DNA of 64,000 nt from positions 3,992 to 67,991 of the forward strand of contig DASWLM010000027.1 in assembly GCA_036396095.1 (NCBI GenBank), in the 5' to 3' direction. The notes below the pieces were generated by a model. It did no database searches and had not been told where the DNA came from. It was given only the letters and a program-made list of their open reading frames with translations. The DNA is from Dehalococcoidales bacterium (GTDB lineage Bacteria > Chloroflexota > Dehalococcoidia > Dehalococcoidales > Fen-1064). The position numbers and the translations under genes are program-made. How positions within the stretch are numbered: position 1 is the stretch's first letter; the number at the start of each line of letters is the position of its first letter. This document shows, piece by piece, positions 37,967 to 47,451 of this stretch.

Positions 37967-39703
37967 CTATTTGCTGGGAATGACCGGCAAATCGATATAT
38001 GAAGCGTATTCCCCCTCGTGGTAGATTGTCTGGAGTGCCGGTATTCCTGCCTTGTCAACCCCGAAGGCATTACCTGTATTCATATTGCGGTCGATGCGCG
38101 GGAAGTTGCTGCTGGTGACATCTACCCGAATACGGTGCCCGGCTTTGAAAACGATGCTGGTATGAGCCAGGTCGATTGTATATTCATAAACCTTCCCCGA
38201 CTCAACGAATGCTGGATGCAGAATGCCCTTGCGGAAACGGGTGCGAATCCAGCCTTCGGCGACATTATAAGCAAAGCCATCGGGGTAAACATCCACCAGT
38301 TTAGTGACAAAATCAGTGTCTTTAGCAGATGTGGACGCGAAGAGATGGAGCTTTAGCGGACCCGTGACCTCTAAATCCTGCTTGAGTTCAGGGGTTGTAT
38401 AACAGAGTACATCATTACGTTTTTCCACGACACTTTGCTCAAGAGGACCGGGTACCAGTGAACCGGAATCGAGTAAACGTCCACCCACAGTCGGCACCGG
38501 GAATTTCGGATCGTAGACAAAAATATCGGGTGATTCCGAACCAGGCACATCACGCGTTAACAAACCATCCCCTGTAGCGGTCTGTGCATGTCCCCGGCTG
38601 TGGAAGAAGAAACGCTGCCAGTCTGTCTGGGGTAAAGGCCAGGTATCCGCGTTCTTCCAGCGGTTCAAACCCATACAGAAATAACGTACCGGTGGATTGG
38701 GACGGCGGCTTTCTATACCGCGGAGATATTTGTCATAGAAGGTGATGCGGCGCTCGTTGGTGAAGGTAGATACAGCGGCGGCAGCAGGACCGAAGTGCAA
38801 AGCACCGGCATAAGCTGGGAGGCGCGAGCCATGTACCCATGGTCCGCAGATAATATATTGACCTTCGCGCGCTATTTGGGAACCAGCTTTCTCACGCATT
38901 TTAGCAAAGTTGGCAAAAACTCCCCAGGTAGCAAGGTCATACCAGCCGGTACCGTAAAAACAGGGTACGGTAACCTTGTTATAGGGCCACCAGAGGTCTT
39001 CTTCCGTCTTGATAGTATCTGGTAATACATCCGTGACGCGTCGGTAAGCACCCTCCAGTCCTTCGAACTTAAAATGAGGTGTATCTTTAAATGGCAGATA
39101 ATTGAACACTTCAGAGAGGTTGAAGCGGGCGCGATCGAGCATTTCTTCTGCCTTAGTAACATCTTTACTCTGCTGTTTCATCCGGGCGAGCACATCCACC
39201 GCCATCGCGACGAACCAACTGATTCCCGATTCGAAGTCGATGGGTCCCGCCATGCGTGATTCACCAATAGGTCCAGAACCGATGATATCCGGGGCGATAG
39301 CTTTGAGATGAGGCGGATTTTCAATGGCGGCTTGCCACTGATTACGCCCCAGATATGACCCGCCGGACATACCCACATTACCATCGCACCATTTTTCTGC
39401 GGCGATGTTTTCAATGGTATCATAGCCGTCAGGACCTTCTGAGCCACCGGTCTGCCAGATACCATCGGAGGCAAACCTGCCCCTGATATCCTGGATAACG
39501 AAAGCATAGCCTGCAAAAGCGGCGTGTATTGGGGAGAGAAAATCGCTGGCGCGGCTCATTACTTTATTGTAAGGTGTGCGTACTAAAATTGCAGGGTGCT
39601 TTTCATTATCGTCCGGACGAAAAATATCGGCGCGCAGGATTACTCCATCGCGCATCTTCATGGGGACATCACGGTCAATCCGAATTGAGTTTACAGCCAT
39701 CAT
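37967..39703 (-). CDS. CocE/NonD family hydrolase
   Basis: RTPY, QDIRGRFASDG, GGSYLG, GWYD, GPWVH. Confidence 0.92.
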   Translation of the reverse strand: MMAVNSIRIDRDVPMKMRDGVILRADIFRPDDNEKHPAILVRTPYNKVMSRASDFLSPIHAAFAGYAFVIQDIRGRFASDGIWQTGGSEGPDGYDTIENIAAEKWCDGNVGMSGGSYLGRNQWQAAIENPPHLKAIAPDIIGSGPIGESRMAGPIDFESGISWFVAMAVDVLARMKQQSKDVTKAEEMLDRARFNLSEVFNYLPFKDTPHFKFEGLEGAYRRVTDVLPDTIKTEEDLWWPYNKVTVPCFYGTGWYDLATWGVFANFAKMREKAGSQIAREGQYIICGPWVHGSRLPAYAGALHFGPAAAAVSTFTNERRITFYDKYLRGIESRRPNPPVRYFCMGLNRWKNADTWPLPQTDWQRFFFHSRGHAQTATGDGLLTRDVPGSESPDIFVYDPKFPVPTVGGRLLDSGSLVPGPLEQSVVEKRNDVLCYTTPELKQDLEVTGPLKLHLFASTSAKDTDFVTKLVDVYPDGFAYNVAEGWIRTRFRKGILHPAFVESGKVYEYTIDLAHTSIVFKAGHRIRVDVTSSNFPRIDRNMNTGNAFGVDKAGIPALQTIYHEGEYASYIDLPVIPSK

Positions 39704-39741
39704 TTCCTCCTTACTTCTAAAATATATTTGAACTCACCAGA

Positions 39742-40053
39742 CTATCGTATTTTCTGGAAGAAGCAAGTTCTCTCTCCAGTGTGGCACACAGGACCCGTTG
39801 GCTTTGCTTTCACCAAAAGGGAGTTGTTTTCACAGTTTTTCCAAACCTCTTTCACCTTGATGAAATTGCCTGAGGTCGCGCCTTTATGCCACATTTCCTG
39901 CCGACTGCGGCTATAAAACCAGACGTCTTCTTCCTTAAGCGTACGCTGTAAGGCTTCTTCGTTCATATAGCCAACCATCAGCACTTCCCCGGTATCTATA
40001 TCCTGAATAACTGCAGGAATAAGCCCTTTTTCATCGAATTCAATGTCTTTCAT
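39742..40053 (-). CDS. hisI: Phosphoribosyl-AMP cyclohydrolase
   Basis: GLIPAVIQD, SRSRQEMWHKGATSG, CHTGERTCF. Confidence 0.93.
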   Translation of the reverse strand: MKDIEFDEKGLIPAVIQDIDTGEVLMVGYMNEEALQRTLKEEDVWFYSRSRQEMWHKGATSGNFIKVKEVWKNCENNSLLVKAKPTGPVCHTGERTCFFQKIR

Positions 40054-40077
40054 AATCCCTCCTTCTCTCACAGGTGC

Positions 40078-40112
40078 CAACTATCAAGTATCAACTAACA
40101 AGTCACAAACAA
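40078..40112. repeat. Degenerate heptamer tandem repeat
   Basis: CAACTAT CAAGTAT CAACTAA CAAGTCA CAAACAA. Confidence 0.55.
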
Positions 40113-40182
40113 CTAGTTAACTCCAAGTAGATGTATCTATTAGCTTATTAGAATACTATATCACTAAGTAAGCCTCGAACGA

Positions 40183-40968
40183 TTAGAAAAATTCGTCTAA
40201 TAGCATATAATATTCGATTTTTTTATAATCAGGTTTAATAACTCCATATTCTTTAAAAAAGCTCTGTTCGAGGCGAATACCAAGGTTTCTCCTTATACTC
40301 CTTATGGCAAGGGCAATATCCTTATATCGATCTGCAATTCCTGCTCTATGTAAATCAACAAACCCTGAAATTCCTTTTTTATATATCATAACATTTGGAA
40401 GGCAATAGTCTCCGTGTGTAAAAACCAGGTCCTCGTCATGTGGTTTAAGAAGAAGGAGTTTCTTATATAATTCTTCTGCTGTTTTTCCACGTCTAATATC
40501 ATCAAAATCGCCTTCGTCAACCAGATTATGCTTCACATTGAATCCGGCGATATCAATTTCCTTGTCTAATGACCTGTCGAATGGGCAATTATCAATAGTA
40601 ATTCTGTGAATCATCCGAAGTCCCTCTGCGAGAAGTGTAACGAGTTCAGTATCGTTAATACTACCAACTAAGTTTGCAGCATCCGAACCCAGAATCTCCG
40701 ATGTGAGCAGATAGTCGTTGTTATCATCCTCGTCGAAAGCAAGAATTTTGGCTACGGGTAATTTATCCGATAACCACTCTAGAACCTTCTTTTCTTCTAG
40801 CAATTCTCTCCCTTGTCGTTTTTGAGCCATTTTGAGGTATATAGTTGGGTAGTTGTGACGATTCAGACGATATGTTTTTGCTGATGACTCTCCGATCATG
40901 ACTCTATTCCAGATATATCCGGTTACAAGGTCACTAATTGCTTGAGGTAACTTTATTGGCGATTGCAT
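40183..40968 (-). CDS. Aminoglycoside 3'-phosphotransferase-like protein
   Basis: IGESSA, YLK, LVFTHGDYCLPNV, GFVDL.RAGIADRYKDIAL, YYMLLDEFF. Confidence 0.88.
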   Translation of the reverse strand: MQSPIKLPQAISDLVTGYIWNRVMIGESSAKTYRLNRHNYPTIYLKMAQKRQGRELLEEKKVLEWLSDKLPVAKILAFDEDDNNDYLLTSEILGSDAANLVGSINDTELVTLLAEGLRMIHRITIDNCPFDRSLDKEIDIAGFNVKHNLVDEGDFDDIRRGKTAEELYKKLLLLKPHDEDLVFTHGDYCLPNVMIYKKGISGFVDLHRAGIADRYKDIALAIRSIRRNLGIRLEQSFFKEYGVIKPDYKKIEYYMLLDEFF

Positions 40969-40998
40969 CTTTAATAACACAATTTGCCTATTGTGGTG

Positions 40999-41715
40999 TT
41001 ATTTATTTAATTCGTTCAAGGCTTCTTTGAGGTTTATATCGCCGGTATAGAGTGCCTTGCCGATGATTGCCCCCTCCACACCGAGTTGTTTCAACATTTT
41101 GAGGTGCAGGATAGTTGAGATACCTCCAGCGGCAATAATCGGTACTCGTGTGGCATGAAGAAGTTCGGAGATGGCGCTAAAATTGGGTTCGGTGAGGGTG
41201 CCATCACGGACGATGTCCGTATAGATGAACCGTCTGACCCCCAGTTTCACCAGATATTGTGCAAACTCCACTGTTTCCCGGCTTGTCTCTTTTTGCCAGC
41301 CGTGAGTCGCTACTTTCCCGTCACGCGCATCGATGCTGACGATGATGTAATCGTTGAAATTACGGCATGCCTCTTTCACAAGCCCTGGGTTCTCCACAGC
41401 CACTGTGCCCAGAATGACCCGTTCGATGCCCATCTGGAGCACTTGTCGGATAGTCTCCAGGTCACGCAGTCCGCCGCCAAGCTGACTGGGGACCAATAAC
41501 ACGTGGGCGATATTCCGGATAATTTCGAGATTACCCAGTTCACCCTGTGCCGCACCATCGAGGTCGACGATGTGGATACGGGGCGCGCCCATTGATTGCC
41601 ATTTCAATGCCACATCCAACGGGTCATCCGAGAATTGTATTTCGCGTTTATAATCTCCCTGATAGAGGCGGACACATTTGCCACCCTTCAGGTCAATGGC
41701 AGGAATGATTTCGAT
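40999..41715 (-). CDS. hisA: ProFAR isomerase HisA (probable ATC start)
   Basis: (I)EIIPAIDLKGGKCVRLYQGDY, HIVDLDGA, GGGLR, TDIVRDGTL; in-frame TAA 5 codons upstream. Confidence 0.92.
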   Translation of the reverse strand: MEIIPAIDLKGGKCVRLYQGDYKREIQFSDDPLDVALKWQSMGAPRIHIVDLDGAAQGELGNLEIIRNIAHVLLVPSQLGGGLRDLETIRQVLQMGIERVILGTVAVENPGLVKEACRNFNDYIIVSIDARDGKVATHGWQKETSRETVEFAQYLVKLGVRRFIYTDIVRDGTLTEPNFSAISELLHATRVPIIAAGGISTILHLKMLKQLGVEGAIIGKALYTGDINLKEALNELNK

Positions 41716-41739
41716 AGTGGTCTCCTTTTAAGCTGACCG

Positions 41740-43311
41740 CTATAAATTGATATTCGAATATTTACGCCAGTAGCGGGCATTAAATGCCTTGTTGTCCTTG
41801 TTCTTATCCTGCAGAATATCAAGCGCGCGGATAATCATCTTGCGGGTATCGTGAGGCATGATGATTTCGTCCACACAACTCCGCTCGGCGGCAACGAAAG
41901 CGTTTTCATACATATCGCTGTATTCCTGGATGCGCTTTTTCTCGGTTTCTTCAGGAGTTTTTGATTCACGGATCTCGCGGGCAAAGATGACACTTGCCGC
42001 CGTTTCGGCACCGACGATGGTAATGCGTGCTGTTGGCCAGGCATAAACAAAATCCGCGCCAATCGACTTATCCAGCATACCGTAATGAGCGCCAGCGTAA
42101 GATTTTCGTATCATTACCGAAATCAGCGGGATGGTGGCATCAGCCCAGGCGAACAGCAGTTTAGCGCCATGCCGCAGAATGCCCTTCCAGTCCTGCTCGC
42201 TACCAATCATATAGCCGGGGCAATCGCCGAAGGTGACCATTGGGATATTAAACAGGTCGCAAAAGCGAATGAAGCGTGCCGCCTTATCCGCGGCATCGGT
42301 ATTAATTACACCTGCCGCCTGCATTGGTTGACTGGCATAAATACCCACCGTGCGGCCATTAAAACGGGCGAATCCGATAATGACACTGATAGCATAGAGT
42401 GCCATAATCTCATAGAAATTGCCGTCGTCTACCACTGCCTTGATGATTTTCTTCATATCATAGGGACGCTTGGAGTCATCGGGGATGATGGTGTCAAGCT
42501 CCAAGCTGGTCCTATCCGGGTCGTCCTTCGTTACTAGGCGGGGCGCGTTTTCACGGTTATTTGAAGGCAGGAATGCCAGCAGGGCTTTACATTTATCGAT
42601 GGCGTCTTTATCATCATTAGCCACAATGTGGGTACAGCCCGACTTGACGGCATGGGCTTTATAGCCGGAAAGCTCCGCCAGGGTGATTTTTTGACCCAAC
42701 TGCGTCTCGACGAAAGCCGGTCCGGCGATGCCCATAAAGCCTGTTTCTTTGCACTGGATGAGGAAGTCCTGCATCACGGGGTGATAAGCCTGCCCGCCGA
42801 GACAAGGTCCCATCAAAAGCGCGATCTGAGGTATGACTCCAGACGCCAGTATTTGCGAGCGGAATGTCCAGCCGTAGGCTTCCAGCGTGTCCATGCCTTC
42901 CTGGAGGCGGGCACCACCGGAATCGTTCATGCCCACAAAGGGCCAGCCTTTTTCCTTGGCAAAATTGATGGCATAGGCGAGTTTTTTACCATGCGCCTCG
43001 CCGAATGTGCCTGCCATTGCCATATAGTCTTCTGCCATTGCCACCACATACCGCTCGTTCACCTTGCCGAAGCCGGTAATGATACCATCGCCGGGGATTT
43101 CCCGTTTGTCCATACCGAAGGCAGTGGTGCGGTGCTTGACGAACAAGCCGATTTCTGTGAACGTGTCTTTATCAAAGAAATAGTCAATACGCTCGCGGGC
43201 GGTCCACTGGTTACCCTTATGGCGTTTTTCGATATCTTCCGGGCTTGCCATCTGGACAATTTTCTTGCGTTTTTTTTGGTACTCTTCCAGCAAATCCTTC
43301 GTCGTTGCCAT
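41740..43311 (-). CDS. Acyl-CoA carboxylase/decarboxylase carboxyltransferase subunit
   Basis: TARERI, DSGGARLQEG, DCPGY, RHGAK, RKSYAGA. Confidence 0.92.
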   Translation of the reverse strand: MATTKDLLEEYQKKRKKIVQMASPEDIEKRHKGNQWTARERIDYFFDKDTFTEIGLFVKHRTTAFGMDKREIPGDGIITGFGKVNERYVVAMAEDYMAMAGTFGEAHGKKLAYAINFAKEKGWPFVGMNDSGGARLQEGMDTLEAYGWTFRSQILASGVIPQIALLMGPCLGGQAYHPVMQDFLIQCKETGFMGIAGPAFVETQLGQKITLAELSGYKAHAVKSGCTHIVANDDKDAIDKCKALLAFLPSNNRENAPRLVTKDDPDRTSLELDTIIPDDSKRPYDMKKIIKAVVDDGNFYEIMALYAISVIIGFARFNGRTVGIYASQPMQAAGVINTDAADKAARFIRFCDLFNIPMVTFGDCPGYMIGSEQDWKGILRHGAKLLFAWADATIPLISVMIRKSYAGAHYGMLDKSIGADFVYAWPTARITIVGAETAASVIFAREIRESKTPEETEKKRIQEYSDMYENAFVAAERSCVDEIIMPHDTRKMIIRALDILQDKNKDNKAFNARYWRKYSNINL

Positions 43312-43413
43312 CTTCAGACCTTCCTCAAATCGTTTTGTGGAGGACACTTGGCATTACCAAAAGTTCGTGGTCATAATTTGTTGCCAGAATTATTTTCGTG
43401 AATCCACCGCGGA

Positions 43414-44391
43414 TTAGCTCAACCCCATCTTCTGCCTGACTTCCTTCATGGTTTCGCGGGCGATAACCCGGGCTCGTGTGGCACCATCAGCCAGAACCTC
43501 TCGAATATATTCCGGTTTTGCAGCGAATTCAGCACGCCGCTCGCGCACCGGTTTGAGCGCCTCGTTCATGTTTTTGGCCAGTAGCTTTTTACAATCGACA
43601 CAACCAATCTCTGCGGCGCGACACTGTCTCTCGATGTCTGCCACCTGCGACTCCGTGAAATACTTGTGCAGAGTAAAGATGTTACAGACCTCCGGGTGAC
43701 CGGGGTCTTTCCGGTATTTGCGTGCGGGGTCGGTGACGGCATTCATTATTCTCTGCCGTGTCTCTTCAGCCGTGTGTGCTATCTCAATTACGCTGGTTTC
43801 GATTTCCTTGCTCATCTTGCCCTTGCCGTCCAGTCCCGGAATGAGCGGGAAAGACGTGAGCCTGGCTTTCGGCTCCGGGAAAGTCTCTCCGAAGATGTTA
43901 TTAAACCGGCGGGCAATCTCCCGTGCCAATTCCAGATGAGGTAACTGGTCTTCACCGACGGGCACAACTTCAGCTTTATAGAGCACAATGTCGGCGGTCA
44001 TCAGGACAGGATATCCGACCAGACCGTAGTTCACATTGTCCGGGTGCAACTTCGCCTTCTCTTTGAAGGTAGGCACACGCAGTAGCCAGCCCAATGGCGT
44101 TATCATGCTGAGCAGGGTGTGCAGTTCCATTACTTCCGGCACGTGCGATTGCACGAAGATAATGCTCTTCTGCGGGTCCAGTCCTGCTGCCAGCCAGTCG
44201 AGTGTCAGTTCCCTGATATAGGTCTGAATTTTACTGGTCTCCTGGAGCGTAGTGAGTGCGTGAATATCAACGATGCAGTAGATGCAATCATATTCCTTCT
44301 GCAGTTCTACGTAGTTATGAATCGCCCCCAGCAGATTCCCGATGTGTTGTCGCGCCGTGGGGCGGGCGCCGGAAAAGACACGTTTTTTCAT
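43414..44391 (-). CDS. trpS: Tryptophan--tRNA ligase
   Basis: HIGN, YPVLMTADI, GEDQ, KMSK. Confidence 0.96.
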   Translation of the reverse strand: MKKRVFSGARPTARQHIGNLLGAIHNYVELQKEYDCIYCIVDIHALTTLQETSKIQTYIRELTLDWLAAGLDPQKSIIFVQSHVPEVMELHTLLSMITPLGWLLRVPTFKEKAKLHPDNVNYGLVGYPVLMTADIVLYKAEVVPVGEDQLPHLELAREIARRFNNIFGETFPEPKARLTSFPLIPGLDGKGKMSKEIETSVIEIAHTAEETRQRIMNAVTDPARKYRKDPGHPEVCNIFTLHKYFTESQVADIERQCRAAEIGCVDCKKLLAKNMNEALKPVRERRAEFAAKPEYIREVLADGATRARVIARETMKEVRQKMGLS

Positions 44392-44463
44392 GTAATTCTC
44401 TACCTCGTTATGGGAAAAGTCTAACACAAAAGATGGAAGCGGACAAGGTAAAAGCCTGCGTAT

Positions 44464-44556
44464 TGTCACCCTGAGTGAAGCGAAGGGTATCGGAGTGGCT
44501 GGGAATTTACTTGTGCCTCACCTCCCCGAGATTCATTCACTGCGTTCAGCATGACA
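44464..44556. repeat. REP-like inverted-repeat element
   Basis: TGTCACCCTGAGTGAAGCGAAGGG...GAGATTCATTCACTGCGTTCAGCATGACA. Confidence 0.7.
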
Positions 44557-44612
44557 TCCTATACTTGGCTTTTAGTATTTGCTCTGCTACTATGTTTTCA
44601 CCGGAGGTGCTT

Positions 44613-45128
44613 ATGATACGGAGCTTTGATGGAAAGACCCCACGCATTGCAGAGTCAGCCTTTGTCAGTGAAGCGGCGTATGTCATTGGTGATGTAGAAA
44701 TCGGGGAGAATTCCGGTGTATTTCCCGGCGCTGTTATCCGTGGCGATTTCGCGCGTATAAAAATCGGGCGCAATACAATGGTTGAAGACGGTTCTATTGT
44801 ACATTCCGGTGCACCGGTGGAAATAGGCGATAATTGCATTATCGGGCACAGCGTCGTAATGCACGGCATCAAGGTGGGCAATAACTGCCTTCTCGGCAAT
44901 AACGCGACAGTGCTGGACAATGTGAAAATCGGCAGTCATTGTATTATTGCGGCCGGGGCGTTGGTGAGTCCGGGCACGGAAGTGCCGGATTATTCCATGG
45001 TGATGGGCATTCCCGGCGTTATCAGGAAAATATCTGCGACCAGACAACAACGGATGGGAAGCGGGAATCAATCGTATGCCGACATGCTCAAGCGCTACAA
45101 GAAACAGCCGGAGTTGGGAAGTAAATAA
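44613..45128 (+). CDS. Gamma carbonic anhydrase family protein
   Basis: Hexapeptide repeats, IRGD, His ligands (IVH, IGH, MHG); GGAGG SD. Confidence 0.9.
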   Translation: MIRSFDGKTPRIAESAFVSEAAYVIGDVEIGENSGVFPGAVIRGDFARIKIGRNTMVEDGSIVHSGAPVEIGDNCIIGHSVVMHGIKVGNNCLLGNNATVLDNVKIGSHCIIAAGALVSPGTEVPDYSMVMGIPGVIRKISATRQQRMGSGNQSYADMLKRYKKQPELGSK

Positions 45129-45158
45129 ACATGCCTTCAAATAGGACTCTATTAAGTA

Positions 45159-45503
45159 TCAAATAAAAAAGAAAAGAATAATAGTCCATAATCTTACACG
45201 TGATAGGGTTTTTAAGTAGTTACATTCAAAAGTGTCAATGAGTTCTTTTGCATAGCCGGCATATTTTGGAGGAACGGCAACGCTGAAAGGAGCGAAAACA
45301 CCTAAATTAAGGTTAAAATAAGGCTCGCAACCTATAATAACCGGGATTCCTTCACTCTCGAAACGAATCTTTACCGCGTGAGCGATTAGCTCGCCGTAAA
45401 CTAATCCCACTGTAACTAAATTAAATTGCCTATCCATCTTACGTATTATAACAAACATTAACCTCGGAAAGATTTTGCACATCGAAATAAATCGATTTCC
45501 CAT
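45159..45503 (-). CDS. DUF2007-like small membrane protein (start uncertain)
   Basis: 'ELIAHAVKIRFESEGIP..V..AKELI' plus C-terminal TM. Confidence 0.5.
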   Translation of the reverse strand: MGNRFISMCKIFPRLMFVIIRKMDRQFNLVTVGLVYGELIAHAVKIRFESEGIPVIIGCEPYFNLNLGVFAPFSVAVPPKYAGYAKELIDTFECNYLKTLSRVRLWTIILFFFI

Positions 45504-45525
45504 GCCTAATTGGCAGTGTTGTCTC

Positions 45526-45613
45526 TTCTCTCCCTTGAGGAGAGAGACAAAAGTGAGGGTGAATCATTGATTGGTTGTACCCATCTCAGTCCTCTACTAC
45601 AAGGGGCGAGGAG
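45526..45613. repeat. Palindromic repeat, CTCTCCC..GAGGGTGA family
   Basis: Shares TGAGGGTGA and CAAGGGGCGAG with 62445-62537. Confidence 0.6.
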
Positions 45614-45624
45614 GTTAGTAGTAG

Positions 45625-47283
45625 CTACATCTTATCTGGTGCGGTCATGCTCATCAGGTTGAGCGTTTTCGCGAGCACGATTTGCACTGCTTTTACTAGC
45701 TTGAGACGGGCTTTCGTTATCGCTTCATCTTCGGTGACGACACGGCAGTCGCGATAGAAAATATGGAAAATAGTTGCTAAATCCTGCGCATAGTAAGCCA
45801 GGTGATGCGGTTCGAGGGTAGTGGTCACCACCTCAATGATTTCAGGCAACTGGAGAAGCCTGCGAATCAGTATCAGTTCCACCGGGGCGGTGAGACGGGA
45901 GACATCGCCATCGTTAAAGTTAATATGCCGTTCCTGTGCCAAACGCATGATGCTGGCGATACGGGCGTGAGCGTATTGGATGTAGTAGACCGGGTTGTCC
46001 TGTGATTGTTTCTTGGCAAGCTCTAGGTCGAAGTCCATCTGGCTGTTAGCAGAACGTGCCAGGAAGAAGTAACGGCAGGCATCGACGCCCACTTCGTCCA
46101 TGACCTCACGGAGAGTGATAATATCGCCGGTGCGTTTGGAAACACGCACCAGTTCGCCGCCACGCTTCAAAGTGACCATCTGGTGGATGATAATTTGCAG
46201 TTGCGCCGGATTGATGCCCATCGCGCCCACGGCTGCTTTGAGTCGGAAGACGTGTCCCTGATGGTCGGCGCCCCAGATGTTGATTACCTTGTTAAAACCG
46301 CGCTCGATGAATTTGTTATAGTGGTAGGCAATATCCGCGGCGAAGTAGGTGGGTGAGCCATCACTCCGGATGACGACGTTGTCCTTGTCCTCGCCGAGCG
46401 CTGTGGAAACAAACCAGGTAGCGCCCTCTTTGTCGACAAGATGTTTATCTTTACGCAGTAGCTCGAGTACCTTTTTGTACTGTCCATTGCGGTAGAGACT
46501 CTGCTCGCTGAACCAGACATCGTACTCGACACGCAGGAGTTTTAGTTCCTCTTTAATCTGGTCCATCACCTTCCGCACACCTATTTCACCCAGCTTTTCC
46601 ACCGCCTCTGATTCCGGCAGATTGCGGAATTTATCACCATGCTCTGCGATGATGTCCTTGGCGATGTCAATCATGTAACTGCCATGGTAACCGTTCTCGG
46701 GAAGCTCCTTTTCAATGCCGAGGCTCTGAAGATAGCGGGCATAGAGCGATTGTTTGAAGGCATCCATCTGACTGCCGGCATCATTGAAGTAGTATTCTTT
46801 TTCTACGCGGTAACCGCTGGCAGCGAGAACATTTGCCAGGGTACTGCCCAGAATAGCGCCTCGCCCGTGCCCCACGTGAAGAGGTCCGGTAGGATTAATG
46901 CTGACAAATTCAACCTGGACGCTCGACCCTTTGCCATAGGCACTGTTGCCAAAGGTTTCGCCGGACTTGAGGATGGTATTTACCTGAGAGGCGAGCCATT
47001 TATCATTGAGCGTGAAGTTGATGAAACCCGGGGGTGCGGCAACCACCTTCTCGATTTCCTCAGACGGTGGGATGAAGTTAACCAGCTCACGGGCGATTGT
47101 CAGTGGATTGGTGTTAATGGCACGTGCCAACCTTAACGGCAGGTTGGTAGCATAGTCGCCATGCTCCGGATTCTGAGGACGCTCGATGGTGATATCCGGT
47201 GTCGCCACAGCTGGCAATTTGCCGGATTTCTGTGCTTTGCCGATAGCTTCGGCGATTAGACTAATGAGTTTTTCACGCAACAT
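45625..47283 (-). CDS. argS: Arginine--tRNA ligase
   Basis: EFVSINPTGPLHVGH, WGADH, SKRTG, YIQYAHAR. Confidence 0.97.
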   Translation of the reverse strand: MLREKLISLIAEAIGKAQKSGKLPAVATPDITIERPQNPEHGDYATNLPLRLARAINTNPLTIARELVNFIPPSEEIEKVVAAPPGFINFTLNDKWLASQVNTILKSGETFGNSAYGKGSSVQVEFVSINPTGPLHVGHGRGAILGSTLANVLAASGYRVEKEYYFNDAGSQMDAFKQSLYARYLQSLGIEKELPENGYHGSYMIDIAKDIIAEHGDKFRNLPESEAVEKLGEIGVRKVMDQIKEELKLLRVEYDVWFSEQSLYRNGQYKKVLELLRKDKHLVDKEGATWFVSTALGEDKDNVVIRSDGSPTYFAADIAYHYNKFIERGFNKVINIWGADHQGHVFRLKAAVGAMGINPAQLQIIIHQMVTLKRGGELVRVSKRTGDIITLREVMDEVGVDACRYFFLARSANSQMDFDLELAKKQSQDNPVYYIQYAHARIASIMRLAQERHINFNDGDVSRLTAPVELILIRRLLQLPEIIEVVTTTLEPHHLAYYAQDLATIFHIFYRDCRVVTEDEAITKARLKLVKAVQIVLAKTLNLMSMTAPDKM

Positions 47284-47367
47284 TTTAGTTTAGAACATCT
47301 GGTGGATTAAAAAATTATAGCACAGTTATGTATGTAGACGATAACCTGAGTTCTTGAAAATACAGAA

Positions 47368-47398
47368 AGAGGGCGTTCATTTAGCGTAAACGCCCTCT
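47368..47398 (-). terminator. Intrinsic terminator
   Basis: AGAGGGCGTT/AACGCCCTCT stem. Confidence 0.65.
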
Positions 47399-47451
47399 AA
47401 CCACTCAGGATGTAACCTGCGAGGTTAAATCAGGTTAAAATCAGTAAAGGT

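Noticed and set aside
42628..43401. Long antisense ORFs (also 4051..4719 and 60198..60908)
   Set aside because: They lie wholly opposite well-supported genes and have no recognisable motifs.
44475..44612. N-terminal extensions of gamma-CA (from 44475), trpS (to 44469) and argB (to 62469)
   Set aside because: They run into repeat or promoter DNA; homology and SD positions favour the downstream ATGs.
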